Below are positions 35,028 to 44,806 of a stretch of DNA of 64,000 bases, one piece after another; the first letter of the stretch is position 1; every line of letters starts with the position of its first letter. The position numbers were made by a program, and so were the translations under genes. Origin of the DNA: an uncultured Gemmatimonadota bacterium (GTDB lineage: Bacteria; Gemmatimonadota; Gemmatimonadetes; Palauibacterales; Palauibacteraceae). The notes under the pieces are model-generated. The model did not search any database and was not told where the DNA came from. It saw only the letters and a program-made list of their open reading frames with translations. The DNA is taken from the NCBI GenBank assembly GCA_964499635.1, contig CAZCLY010000013.1:62329-126328 (forward strand), in the 5' to 3' direction.

Positions 35028-37502
35028 CTACTCCGCCCTCACCGCCACCATCGGATCCACACGTGACGCCCGGCGTGCCGGGACGAAGTTGGCGAGCGCC
35101 GCCACCGCCGCCAGGATCCCGCACGCGAGGGCGAAGCTGACGAGATCGAGGGGGCCGACGAACAGCACACTCGACAGGAAGCGCGCGCTCGCCGCGGCGA
35201 GCAGCACCCCGATCACGGCCCCGACCGCCACGAGGGCCATCCCCTCGCGGAGAACCATGCCCACCACCATGCCGCTCGCCGCACCAAGCGCCTTCCGGAT
35301 CCCGATCTCGCGCGAGCGCCGGCTCACCGAGTAGTTGACGACGCCGTACAGACCCACGGAGGCTATGACCAGGGCGAGGATGCCGAAGATCCCGATCAGC
35401 CAGGCCCCCGCCCGGATGGGGAACAGTCGTACGTCGGCGAGCCCTCGGGCCGTGCCGGTCCCGAGGAAGACGAGGTCCGGATCGAGCGCCCGGAGCTCCC
35501 TCTCGAGGCCGAGCACCGACCCCGTGGCCGGCGTGGCGGTGCGCACGAGGTAGTCGGCGTACATCGCGTCGTGTCGGAGCGGGATGTGGATGTAGGGCTT
35601 CGGCGACTCGCCGGGGGTGTCCACCTTGTAGTCCCCCACGACGCCGACGATGCGGTACGGGCGCCCGCCCCACGACGTGCGGAACTCGTGCCCCACCGCG
35701 TCCTCGTTCGGCCAGTAGCGCTCGGCCATCGTGCGGGTCACGACGGCCACGCGCTCGCCGCCGTCCCGGTCGGTCTCCTCGATCCCGCGGCCTGCGAGGA
35801 TGTGCAGATCGAGCGCGTCGAAGTAGTGCTCGTCGACGCTCGCCCCGTCGATGATGTAGGGCCGGCTGTCGGCGGACGTCTGATGGCCGTCGATGAATAC
35901 CCCGAAGCCGTTGTTGTTGAGCGACAGCGGCATGCGGCTGGCCAGCCCCACGGCCTCGACCTGTGGCAGGGCGCGGATGCGCCGCGTGCTCTCCGCGATG
36001 AAGGCGGCGGCCTCGTCGGGCTCGTAGCCGTTCATCTCCAAGGCCAGCGACAGGTACGCGATGCGGTCGATGTCGTACCCCATATCGACGCGCCCGGCGG
36101 CGTCCAGGCTCCTGACCAGGAGCGCACCGGCGACGAGCACGACGATTGACACGGCGACCTGGACCACGACGAGCGCGTTCCGGAGGCTGAGGCGCCTCCG
36201 CCGGCCGTCGCCCTCGCTCGTCCCCTTGAGGGCCGGCACCAGCTCGGCGCGCGACGCACGCCACGCGGGCACGAGTCCGAACGCGATGCCCGTGCCGCAC
36301 GCCACCAGGAGGGTGAACACCAGCACACGCCAATCGGGCGTGACGTCGAGCCCCAGGTCGATGGGGAGCGGCGGCTGGAACCGGGCGATGAAGCGCGCTA
36401 GCCCGTGCGCGAGGGCCATGGCGAGGGCCCCGCCGGCGAGCGAGAGCATCATGCTCTCGGTCAACAGCTGGCGCACCAGACGCCCCGGACCCGCTCCGAG
36501 GGTGTGGCGCAGGGCGAGCTCCCGCGCCCGGGACGAGGCGCGGGCGAGCGTCATGTTGGCCAGGTTGGCGCACGCCACGAGCAGCACGAGACCGACCGCG
36601 CCCAGCAACACCATCCCCGCCGGCGCGATCGTGCGGTCGAAGTCCGGGTTGAGCGCCACGTCGTTCGTGGCGAGGACGGCCACGCGCTCGAGCTCGTTCG
36701 TCTCCGGATACTCGGCCGACAGCCGGGCCGCGATCCCCTCCATCTCCGCTCGTACCCGGTCGACGGACACGCCCGGCTTCCTTCGTCCCTTGATCCACAG
36801 GAAGTGCTGCCCGCGGCGTTCGAGACGGTTGTCGCCGCCACCGGCGCCCGACCCGCGCTGGTTCCCGAGCGGCTCCACCTCCTCGACCATCGTGACGGGC
36901 AGCCACATCTGCGCGGTCACGGCGGGGAACATCCCGCCGAACCCGTCAGGTGCCACCCCCACCACCGTGTACGTGGTCCCGTTCAGCCTGAGCGTGCGCC
37001 CGACCACGTCCGGGTCGGCCGCGAAGCGGCTCTGCCAGAACGGATAGCTGAGGATCGCGACGGGGGCCGCGCCCACGGCCGCGAACTCGTCGGGGGAGAA
37101 CCCGCGCCCCATGACCGGTCTGACGCCGAGGACCTCCAAGTAGTCCCGCGACACGAGCTCGCCCACGACGAGCTCCGAGCTCCCCGCGATCGACAGGCTC
37201 GCGAAGAAGTTCGTGAACGCCATCATCCCCGAAAGCGTCTCGGTCTGGTCGCGATAGTCCACGAAGTTCGGATACGAGCTCGACCCGTGGTCCGACGAAG
37301 TAGCGGCGCGGCCGTAGATGTCGACGAGCTGCTCGGGGTGCTCGACGGGGAGGGGCCGGAACAGCACCGCGTTCACGAGGCTGAAGATGGTGCTGTTGAC
37401 GCCGATCCCCAGGGCGATCGTTACGACCGCGACGACAGTGAATCCTGGCGCGCGCAGCAGGGAGCGGAGTCCGTAGCGGAGATCTCGAGTCAGCTTTTCC
37501 AT
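35028..37502 (-). CDS. ADOP-family FtsX permease
   Basis: ATG 37502 gives the canonical MEKLTRDLRYGLRSLLRAPGFTVVAVVTIALGIG N-terminus. Two FtsX halves (SSRARELALRHTLGA / RRSREIGIRKALGA). The 104 upstream codons of the track ORF are not protein-like. No PadR gene upstream. Confidence 0.85.
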   Translation of the reverse strand: MEKLTRDLRYGLRSLLRAPGFTVVAVVTIALGIGVNSTIFSLVNAVLFRPLPVEHPEQLVDIYGRAATSSDHGSSSYPNFVDYRDQTETLSGMMAFTNFFASLSIAGSSELVVGELVSRDYLEVLGVRPVMGRGFSPDEFAAVGAAPVAILSYPFWQSRFAADPDVVGRTLRLNGTTYTVVGVAPDGFGGMFPAVTAQMWLPVTMVEEVEPLGNQRGSGAGGGDNRLERRGQHFLWIKGRRKPGVSVDRVRAEMEGIAARLSAEYPETNELERVAVLATNDVALNPDFDRTIAPAGMVLLGAVGLVLLVACANLANMTLARASSRARELALRHTLGAGPGRLVRQLLTESMMLSLAGGALAMALAHGLARFIARFQPPLPIDLGLDVTPDWRVLVFTLLVACGTGIAFGLVPAWRASRAELVPALKGTSEGDGRRRRLSLRNALVVVQVAVSIVVLVAGALLVRSLDAAGRVDMGYDIDRIAYLSLALEMNGYEPDEAAAFIAESTRRIRALPQVEAVGLASRMPLSLNNNGFGVFIDGHQTSADSRPYIIDGASVDEHYFDALDLHILAGRGIEETDRDGGERVAVVTRTMAERYWPNEDAVGHEFRTSWGGRPYRIVGVVGDYKVDTPGESPKPYIHIPLRHDAMYADYLVRTATPATGSVLGLERELRALDPDLVFLGTGTARGLADVRLFPIRAGAWLIGIFGILALVIASVGLYGVVNYSVSRRSREIGIRKALGAASGMVVGMVLREGMALVAVGAVIGVLLAAASARFLSSVLFVGPLDLVSFALACGILAAVAALANFVPARRASRVDPMVAVRAE

Positions 37503-37984
37503 GTCGCTCCGTCCTGGCCGCACGGTGAGGAGCCGCAGGTACGTACGGCGCGGCGAGTCGAGGCGTTTCGCCCGCCCGCCGCCCGGGGACGCGAGTGGTG
37601 CAGCTCGCCGGGGCGTCGGCGAGCCGTTACCAACACCCGGACCCGGGATTCGATTCCACGCCAACGTAGCACGGCGAAGGGGACGTGCCAGCGTGGGGGC
37701 CAGAAACGCGTGCGACTCCGTGGGCGCCGCGTCCAGATTCTCGCTGGGCCGCGACGGCCTCGCGTGCCCCGGCGGCGCGTCGCACACCGCCACGGGCGAA
37801 GCGGAGATCTGCACAGGAGGTCACCGTCACGGATGCATCGGTCGACGGACACCACACCTGCCCGGAGGTCGACTCGTACGACCGAAGACCGCCAACGTGG
37901 GGAGGATCGGGATCGAGATCAGGTTCGCGGCCGGGTCGTGAGTCGCCGCTCCGTCTCCCAATTCGGGGAGCCCGTCCGTCATGT

Positions 37985-38383
37985 TCAGCGGCCCCCGGTC
38001 GCGGCGTCGAACTGACGCTCGATGAGACGCCGCTCGTGCTCCGTCGGAGCGCCGGCGAGCGCCTCCTCGAGGAAGCGTCGGGCCGCCTCCAGCGAGCCCG
38101 CGCGCGTGTACAGGTTGGCCAGGACGGACACCGCCGGGCCGTGAGGGGGCGCCGCGATCGCCGCCTCGAGATGGTACGCACCGGCCTGCATCCGGTCCAT
38201 CCTCGACGAGCGGGCCAGGTAGGCGAACCCCCGGGCGATGAGTGCCGCGTCCCAGAGCGACCGCTCCTGCCGATCGAGGGGGATGAGCCGCCCCTCGCCG
38301 CCCGGCCTGCGCGTGAGGACCGCGATCAAGCGACCCGACTCGCCCCGGAAGAGGCCTTCCATGTCGGTTTCGGGCGGAGTCAT
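37985..38383 (-). pseudogene. C-terminal fragment of an ECF sigma factor of the DUF6596-containing type (paralog of 54874..56232)
   Basis: The 132-aa ORF aligns only to the C-terminal region of the intact sigma gene. PLDRQERSLWDAALIARGFAYLARSS matches LEDQDRSRWDRGLIEEGATLVQRALSS, and AGAYHLEAAIAA matches FTLQAAIAAVHAE. No sigma-70 region 2/4 is encoded upstream. Confidence 0.5.
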
Positions 38384-38662
38384 GCGGCCTCTCGACCCGG
38401 ACGTCGGCTCCGGGGTTCATGATTCGCCATGTGGTCGTGGCGCAACAGCCGCGCGGGTCACGGATCGGCACCCGGACGATGCGGCAGGCGTCGTATCTCC
38501 CCGCCGCAGGGGACGCGCCCCTGCCCCCGCTACTACTGCCATGATGGCACGATCGTTGCCCCCCCAGGGCCGACTGGTTCGCACGCACGTCCGTAGCCTC
38601 CGGGAGGGGGAGGTGCGTGGTGTCCCGCCGGTCACGGAAAGACCCCTATCGACAGTGACGCC

Positions 38663-39802
38663 GTGCGCACACGACCGCCAGCGTGGCCCGACCGCATCGA
38701 GTCCGTGCTGTCGGTCGTCGGTGCGCGTCCGAATTTCATGAAGCTCGCCCCGGTCGCCCGGGAGCTCGCCCGCCGTCCCGACGTCGGGCACGTGATTCTC
38801 CACACCGGCCAGCACTACGATCGGGAGATGTCGGACGACTTCTTCACCGATCTCGGCATCCCCGAGCCCCACGAGAACCTCGAGGTGGGGTCCGGAAGCC
38901 ACGCGCGCCAGACGGCAGCCATCCTCGAGCGTTTCGAGGCGTTCGTGGCGAGCGACCGACCCGACGTGGTTCTGGTGTACGGCGATGTCAACTCGACGCT
39001 CGCCGCCGCGCTGGTGTGCGCGAAGGCAGGGATCCCGGTGGCGCACGTCGAGGCCGGTCTCAGGAGCGCCGACTGGTCCATGCCGGAGGAGATCAACCGG
39101 ATCGTGACCGATCGTCTCTCGAGCCTCCTCCTCCTGCCATCCCGCGATGCCGCGGACAACCTGCGGGCCGAGGGAGTTCCGTCCGAGCGTCTCGAGTTCG
39201 TCGGAAACGTGATGATCGATTCGCTCGTGCGCGCCTTGCCGGCGGCCCGGGAGCGCGACGCGGCCGCCGGGCTGGGTGTGGAGCCGCGGGGGTACGTCGT
39301 CGTCACGCTCCACCGGCCGTCGAACGTCGACCGACCGGACCGGCTGAGGGCCATTCTGCGGGTCCTCGCGGAGCTGTCCCGTCGGCACCCGGTCCTCTTC
39401 CCGGCGCACCCGCGGACGCGCGATCGGATCGAGACGCTGGGGTGGAGCGTCCCCCCGGGGTGCGATCTCCGGCTCCTCGATCCGGCTCCCTATCTGAGCA
39501 TGTTGTCTCTCCTGGCCTCGTCGCGTCTGGTCATCACGGACTCCGGCGGGATCCAGGAGGAGACCAGTTTCCTCGGGATTCCGTGCGCCACCTTGCGGCC
39601 CAACACCGAGCGTCCGATCACGTGCACGGCGGGGACGAACACCTTGCTTCCGCCGGACGACCCCGGCCTGCTCGAGGCGTGCATCGAGCTGCTGGATGGA
39701 GGACCGACTGGAGACGCCGCGTGCGCGATCGAGCGCTGGGACGGGAGGACCGCCGGCCGCATCGTCGACGTCCTGTGCGATGGGGGGCATTATCCGGTCT
39801 GA
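38663..39802 (+). CDS. wecB: UDP-N-acetylglucosamine 2-epimerase (non-hydrolysing)
   Basis: Collinear with WecB/MnaA: VVGARPNFMKLAPV, HTGQHYD, DVVLVYGDVNSTLAAALVCAKAGIPVAHVEAGLRS, EE.NR, DSGGIQEE. First gene of the sugar cluster. Confidence 0.85.
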   Translation: MRTRPPAWPDRIESVLSVVGARPNFMKLAPVARELARRPDVGHVILHTGQHYDREMSDDFFTDLGIPEPHENLEVGSGSHARQTAAILERFEAFVASDRPDVVLVYGDVNSTLAAALVCAKAGIPVAHVEAGLRSADWSMPEEINRIVTDRLSSLLLLPSRDAADNLRAEGVPSERLEFVGNVMIDSLVRALPAARERDAAAGLGVEPRGYVVVTLHRPSNVDRPDRLRAILRVLAELSRRHPVLFPAHPRTRDRIETLGWSVPPGCDLRLLDPAPYLSMLSLLASSRLVITDSGGIQEETSFLGIPCATLRPNTERPITCTAGTNTLLPPDDPGLLEACIELLDGGPTGDAACAIERWDGRTAGRIVDVLCDGGHYPV

Positions 39803-39833
39803 GACGCCCGGCAGGGGAAGGAACGGTCTCGCA

Positions 39834-40844
39834 TTGAAGATCGTCCGGCTGGCGGTCGGCGTGGCCCTGTTCGGCTGGGTGCTCGCCAGGACCGATGCGC
39901 CCGAGGCCCTTGCCCGTCTGCTCGGAGCTCCCTGGGCCCTCGCGGCCATCGTCGCGATCCCGTTTCTGGGAGCCGCCATCGAGGCCATCAGATTGCACCT
40001 GCTGTTCGAGGCGCAGGGTCTCGACGTGTCGATCCCGTACGCGTATCGCATCGTGGCCATCGCGACGCTGTTCAACTTCACGCTCCCCGGCGGGACGGGC
40101 GGCGACGCGCTCAAGCTCTACTACCTGTGCGGGCGACACCGGGGCCGCGTGCTCGAGATCGGGACCACGCTGCTCGCCGATCGGATCATCGCGCTGTTCG
40201 CGTTCATCGTGGTCACGCTGGCGCTCGGTCTCGCCGTGCTGACGGAGGTGCTCGACATCCCGTCGATCCGGAGCCTGTACGTGTTTCTCGCGGCGGTAGG
40301 CGCCGCCCTCCTCCTCGGAGCGGCGTTCCTCGGTTCGGCCAGGCTGCGGCGCAGCGCTCTCTTGGAGCGGGGCCGGGGACGCTTCTTCCCGCCGGGGAGC
40401 CGTGTCGAGCGCGTGGGACGCGCCGTGGCGACCCTGGCGAGCAATCGCGCCGCGTCCGTGAAGGCCTGCGCGATCTCGGCCGTGGGGCACATCGCCCTGG
40501 CAGCCATGTTCGTCGTCGCGGGGGCGGTCATCCTCCCGGACGCCGGACCGATGACCGTGTGCTTTCTCTCCCTGCTCGGACTCCTGGCCAACGCGCTTCC
40601 GCTCACCCCTGGCGGGCTGGGGGTCGGCGAGGCCGCGTTCGACCGGCTGTTCGGACTGGCCGGCCATGCCGGGGGAGCCGCGCTCCTGCTCGCGTGGCGT
40701 GCCGCCATCATCCCGGTCGGGGCTCTCGGCATGTGGTGGTATGCGCGGGGAGCCGGGTCGGGTGGCGCCCTCCGACCGGATCAGGTTCCGGAACCCGGGA
40801 CCGCCCCACCACTGTCCCGCGACCTGCCCGGGGGTGCCGGGTGA
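39834..40844 (+). CDS. flippase-like membrane protein (lysyl-phosphatidylglycerol synthase TM-region family, UPF0104)
   Basis: TTG 39834, 7 nt after GGAAGGA. About 8 TM segments. Family phrases LLFEAQGLDVSIPYAYRIVAIATLFNFTLPGGTGGDALKLYYL and LANALPLTPGGLGVGEAAF. Confidence 0.6.
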   Translation: MKIVRLAVGVALFGWVLARTDAPEALARLLGAPWALAAIVAIPFLGAAIEAIRLHLLFEAQGLDVSIPYAYRIVAIATLFNFTLPGGTGGDALKLYYLCGRHRGRVLEIGTTLLADRIIALFAFIVVTLALGLAVLTEVLDIPSIRSLYVFLAAVGAALLLGAAFLGSARLRRSALLERGRGRFFPPGSRVERVGRAVATLASNRAASVKACAISAVGHIALAAMFVVAGAVILPDAGPMTVCFLSLLGLLANALPLTPGGLGVGEAAFDRLFGLAGHAGGAALLLAWRAAIIPVGALGMWWYARGAGSGGALRPDQVPEPGTAPPLSRDLPGGAG

Positions 40845-42022
40845 CCGTCCTCGCCGTGTCGGGGTACGGGCCCGGGGAGCGGGGGGTGTGGTCGGCCGGA
40901 CCGATCGGCGCGTACGAACGTGCCGGCGCGGCCGCCGTCGATGCGCCGTTCGCGTGCGCGTTCTCTCGGGCCCGGCATGCGCTGGTCGCGATCCTCCGGT
41001 CGCTCGACGTCACGGGACGAGTCGCCGTCTCGGGCCTCACGTGCTCGGTCGTGCCGATGGCCGTGATGCGGGCCGGTCTCCGCCCGGTGTACGTGGACAT
41101 CGATCGGCGGACGCTCAACATGTCCCCGGACGCCCTGTCGGCGATCGAGCCCTCTCCGGCGGTCGCCCTCTTCCAGCGCACGTACGGCAACGCGTCGGGG
41201 GCCGCGGAGGTGGCCGCCCGCGCCGGGGCCCTCGGCATACCGCTGGTGGAGGATCGCGCACAGGACGTCCCCCTGTCGAACGGGGAGGCCGCGCTCGGCA
41301 GCCACCCGATCGCGGCGCTGTTCTCGAACGACCTGTTGAAGCCCGTACCGGCCGGGGCAGGAGGGTTGGCGGTCACGACCGACCGGGCGCTCGCGAAGCG
41401 GGTGGCGGCGTGGCGCGATCGGGCGCCTGCCGCCGGGCCGCTGGCGCGAGTCGCCATCCGGGCGCGGGCCCTCGGAACCGCGACGCTCCTTCACCCGAAC
41501 ACGTACTGGACGCTGCTCGGCGTGCACGACATGATCGTCCGAGGCGCACGACCGGCCACGATCGATGAAGCGCTCGAGCGCGAGTTCGGAGAGCCCCGCA
41601 CGCTCTCCGCCTGGGAAGCCCGGCGTGGTCTCTCCTGGATGCGCCGGGCAGAGGAGGTCGCGGCGCACCGGACGGCCCGCTCCATCGAGTACGCCGACGG
41701 CCTTGCCGGGCTCACGCGGTGCGAGATGCTCCCATGGCCGGCGGCACGACCGTACTACCTGTTCCCGGTCCTGGTCGACGACAAGGCCGCGTTGCTCGAC
41801 GAGGCCCGCCGTCGCCGCCTCGAGCTGGTCGACTGGCCGGGCTCGACGCCCCTGTACGGCGTGAGGCGCGCGAAGGAACTGGCCATCTACGGATACCAGC
41901 CGGGGTGCTGTCCGAACGCCGAAGCGGTCGCCACGCGCCTCGTCGGGCTCCCCACCCACCCGCGGGTCGGGCCGGACACGAGCCGGCGCCTGCTGGAGCT
42001 CCTGCGAGATCGATATGAATAG
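40841..42022 (+). CDS. DegT/DnrJ/EryC1/StrS-family (sugar aminotransferase-like) protein
   Basis: GTG 40841 overlaps the upstream stop (GTGA). Fold-type I order conserved: RPVYVDIDRRTLNMSPDALSAIEPSPAVALFQRTYGNASGAAEVAARAGALGIPLVEDRAQ, then FSNDLLKPVPAGAGGLAVT with a candidate PLP lysine. Divergent from canonical DegT. Confidence 0.6.
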   Translation: MTVLAVSGYGPGERGVWSAGPIGAYERAGAAAVDAPFACAFSRARHALVAILRSLDVTGRVAVSGLTCSVVPMAVMRAGLRPVYVDIDRRTLNMSPDALSAIEPSPAVALFQRTYGNASGAAEVAARAGALGIPLVEDRAQDVPLSNGEAALGSHPIAALFSNDLLKPVPAGAGGLAVTTDRALAKRVAAWRDRAPAAGPLARVAIRARALGTATLLHPNTYWTLLGVHDMIVRGARPATIDEALEREFGEPRTLSAWEARRGLSWMRRAEEVAAHRTARSIEYADGLAGLTRCEMLPWPAARPYYLFPVLVDDKAALLDEARRRRLELVDWPGSTPLYGVRRAKELAIYGYQPGCCPNAEAVATRLVGLPTHPRVGPDTSRRLLELLRDRYE

Positions 42023-42073
42023 GATGCCCCCCGTATCGACGGGACCCCGTTCCCTGCCGGTTCAGGCGAAGGC

Positions 42074-42832
42074 GTGATGGCCGTTTCCACGCAAGAGAAG
42101 CGATCCGAGAAGGCCTTCTACGACGACCTGTTCGGCCGCCGTCAGCGGTTCGATCAGTTCCAGATGGAGATCTACGAGCGGATCGCACACACGGCGGCCG
42201 ACGGAGCGCCGGGGCGCCGGACGATCGAGCTGGGGTGCGGCTCGGGCTCACAGGCTATCTGCCTCGCCCGGTGCGGGATGCAGACCCTGGCGACCGACCT
42301 GTCCATCGAGGGCTGTCGTGTCGCGAGAGCCACCGTCGAGGGGGAGGGCCTCTCGATCGCGATCCTGAACGCCGATGCGGAACACCTGCCCGTCTCGGAT
42401 CGAGTGTTCGACGCCTGCATCTGCGGGTTGCTTCTGCACCATTTCGCGGACTTCTCGCGGGTCGCCGACGAGATCGCCCGTGTCCTCCGGCCCGGCGGGG
42501 TCGTGGTCGCGCTCGATGCCAACGCCCACAACCCCGCGCAGTGGGTGTTCATGAACGTCCTGCACCGTCTGAAACGGAATCCGCGTCTCACCCCCAACCA
42601 GCGGGCGTTGTGGAAGCGGGAGCTGGTGTCCGTATTCGGCGCGCGGGGCTTCGAGGGATTCCAGTTCGAATCGGTGAAGAGCGAGCTCAGGAAGGACTGG
42701 CTGGGCGATTCTCCGGGCGCGTGGCTCAACTACCACACGCGGAAGCTCGTCCTCGGACTCACCGACCTGGTCCTGCCCCCCATCGCCCGGGGAAACCTGC
42801 TCCTGGCCGTGTTCCGCAAGTCCGACCCGTGA
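42074..42832 (+). CDS. class I SAM-dependent methyltransferase
   Basis: Motif I IELGCGSGSQA. Motif post-I ATDLS. LLLHHFAD motif II region. Confidence 0.8.
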   Translation: MMAVSTQEKRSEKAFYDDLFGRRQRFDQFQMEIYERIAHTAADGAPGRRTIELGCGSGSQAICLARCGMQTLATDLSIEGCRVARATVEGEGLSIAILNADAEHLPVSDRVFDACICGLLLHHFADFSRVADEIARVLRPGGVVVALDANAHNPAQWVFMNVLHRLKRNPRLTPNQRALWKRELVSVFGARGFEGFQFESVKSELRKDWLGDSPGAWLNYHTRKLVLGLTDLVLPPIARGNLLLAVFRKSDP

Positions 42833-42857
42833 CCCGTGACCCGGTCGATCGCTCTCG

Positions 42858-43922
42858 ATGCTGACCGTCGAGCGCCTGTCCGAATCATCCCCGGGCGAAC
42901 CGGCGGAGCTGTGGGATGCCTATATCGCGGGCAACCGGGATGCCGACCTGTATCACACGAGGGAATGGGCGGCGCTCATCCGGGAGGTGTTCGGGCACCG
43001 GCCCCACTACCTCCTCGCCCGGCGTGGCTCCCGCCCGGTCGGCGTGCTGGCCATATTCGAGATCCGGCTTCCGCTGCTCGGGCGAAAGCTGGTGTCGATG
43101 CCGTACGATGCGGGATCCGGAGGACCGCTCGCCGACGACCCGGAGGCGGAACGGGCCCTCGCCGGGCACGCACTCGCGCTCGCGAAAGAGCTGCGCGCGC
43201 GCTCGCTCGAGCTCAGGTGCGGCCACGACCGTCCCTCCCTGGAGAGCATGTCGTTCCACGTCGATCACCCGATCATGTTGTCGGAGACGTGCCTCGAGGC
43301 TGGGTCCGAGGCGTGGGAGCGGGTCGCCCCGGATCAGCGGAAATCCCTCTCGAAGGCGGAGCGGCGGGGCGTGCGCGTCAGGTTGGCCGATGATCCGGCG
43401 GACTATGATGCGTTCTACGAGGTCTATCTGCGCGTGTTCCGGGATTTCGGAACGCCGCCGTACGCGCGGCGCTACTTCGTGGCGGTGTCGAGGTCGCTCG
43501 TCCCGCACGCCAGGGCGCAGCTGCTGCTGGCGGAGCGCGAAGGCGCCGTCATCGGCGGAGCGCTGCTGTTCTGCTTCGGTTCCACGGCGATCAGCAAGTT
43601 CGCCGTGGTGCTACCCGACGCGGTCGAGTACCGGACATTCTCCGCCCTGTACGGAAAGACGCTCGACATCTGTATCGAGCGCGGATTCCGGAAGGTCGGA
43701 TGGGGCACCTCCTCCCGAACGCAGACCGGGCTGATCGACTTCAAGGAGCGGTGGGGGGCCGAGACCCGTCCGGTCACTATCTACACGCGCACGAGGTCGG
43801 GTCGGCCGGTCTCGCTCGAGAAGTATTACGACTCCGATCCTCTGGCGCGGAAGCTCTGGCGCCGCCTTCCCGTCCGCCTGACGCCGGTGCCGGGCCACAC
43901 GTTGAACCGCTGGTTCTGCTGA
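42858..43922 (+). CDS. FemAB-like / Acetyltransf_6 (GNAT-fold) family protein of the exopolysaccharide-locus-associated type
   Basis: About 350 aa. Profile typical of FemAB-related proteins found in EPS loci (WAALIREVFGHRPHYLLARRGSRPVGVLAIFEIR...; C-terminal LLAEREGAVIGGALLFCFGSTAISKFAVVLPD..FSALYGKTLDICIERGFRKVGWGTS). Confidence 0.7.
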   Translation: MLTVERLSESSPGEPAELWDAYIAGNRDADLYHTREWAALIREVFGHRPHYLLARRGSRPVGVLAIFEIRLPLLGRKLVSMPYDAGSGGPLADDPEAERALAGHALALAKELRARSLELRCGHDRPSLESMSFHVDHPIMLSETCLEAGSEAWERVAPDQRKSLSKAERRGVRVRLADDPADYDAFYEVYLRVFRDFGTPPYARRYFVAVSRSLVPHARAQLLLAEREGAVIGGALLFCFGSTAISKFAVVLPDAVEYRTFSALYGKTLDICIERGFRKVGWGTSSRTQTGLIDFKERWGAETRPVTIYTRTRSGRPVSLEKYYDSDPLARKLWRRLPVRLTPVPGHTLNRWFC

Positions 43923-43939
43923 GTGGAGCGTACCCTGGC

Positions 43940-44806
43940 ATGATGCCGGAGGACCGTCCACCCGGGACCGTTCACATCGACCTCGACGGCGCGAAGCATA
44001 TCTTCGCGGCCCACGGGTGGGAGTATCCCCTCGACCGCGACGACCTCTTCCTCTCCGGGCTCGAAGCGGCGCTCGACTTCCTGGGGCGCGCCCGGGTGTG
44101 CGCGACCTTTTTCGTGATCGCGGAGGATCTCGGGGATCCGGCCAAGCGGGAGGCGCTCGGCGAGGTCGTCGCGTGCGGTCACGAGCTCGGGTCCCACGGC
44201 TGGAGTCACCGACGGCTGAGCGGATTGGGAGCCGCGGAGCTGGATCGCGAGATCGCGGACAGCCGCAAGGCGATCGAGGACGGGCTCGGCGTCTCCGTGA
44301 GGGGCTTCAGGGCCCCCGGATTCGACCTCGATCGAGCGGTCCTCGAGCGCATCGCGGAGGCCGGATACGCGTACGATTCGTCGTTGCATCCATCCCGCGG
44401 TGGGGCCCGCCGGCTCGGTGTCGACCGCATCCCGGCCCACCCGCATCGTCCCCTCGCCGGGCCCCTCCTCGAGCTCCCGCTGCCGGGGCACGGCGGGCTG
44501 CCGCTCCCCTTCCACCCCAGCTACGCCCTGGTGCTCGGCAAGTGGTATTTCGGCACCGGGTTACGACGCTTCGCGCGGCAGCGGGCACCGCTGGTTCTCC
44601 TGTTCCACCTCACCGATTTCGCACGACCGCTGTCGGAGGGTATCCGCGGTCCCGCGCAGCGGCTGTTCACCATCTCGCATCGATCGCAGCCGGACAAGCT
44701 CGACTCTTGCAGTGGCATGCTGAATCTCGCGCGCGAGCGCTTCCGCCTGGTAGCGACCAGCGAGATCTTGGCGCACCTCTCCGGGGGGGAAGAGGCGTAC
44801 CCGTGA
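43940..44806 (+). CDS. polysaccharide deacetylase-family protein (NodB homology domain)
   Basis: NodB motifs: ATFFVIA (TFDDG-like region replaced), HELGSHGWSH, RGFRAPG. Double ATG at 43940/43943. Confidence 0.8.
   Translation: MMPEDRPPGTVHIDLDGAKHIFAAHGWEYPLDRDDLFLSGLEAALDFLGRARVCATFFVIAEDLGDPAKREALGEVVACGHELGSHGWSHRRLSGLGAAELDREIADSRKAIEDGLGVSVRGFRAPGFDLDRAVLERIAEAGYAYDSSLHPSRGGARRLGVDRIPAHPHRPLAGPLLELPLPGHGGLPLPFHPSYALVLGKWYFGTGLRRFARQRAPLVLLFHLTDFARPLSEGIRGPAQRLFTISHRSQPDKLDSCSGMLNLARERFRLVATSEILAHLSGGEEAYP

Noticed and set aside
33014-36906. 606-aa and 837-aa minus-strand ORFs
   Set aside because: 33014..34834 is the shadow of the ABC exporter. 34393..36906 shares the strand with the ADOP permease 35028..37502 but lies in another frame, and its translation is a non-protein-like Arg/Gly-rich run.
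38417-41959. minus-strand ORFs 38417..40114, 39618..40667, 40781..41959
   Set aside because: All are antisense shadows of the plus-strand wecB / flippase-like / DegT-like genes.
44017-44802. N-terminal 262 codons of the 991-aa track ORF
   Set aside because: Non-protein-like and overlaps the deacetylase gene in another frame. The true start of the bi-domain oxidoreductase is the GTG at 44803.
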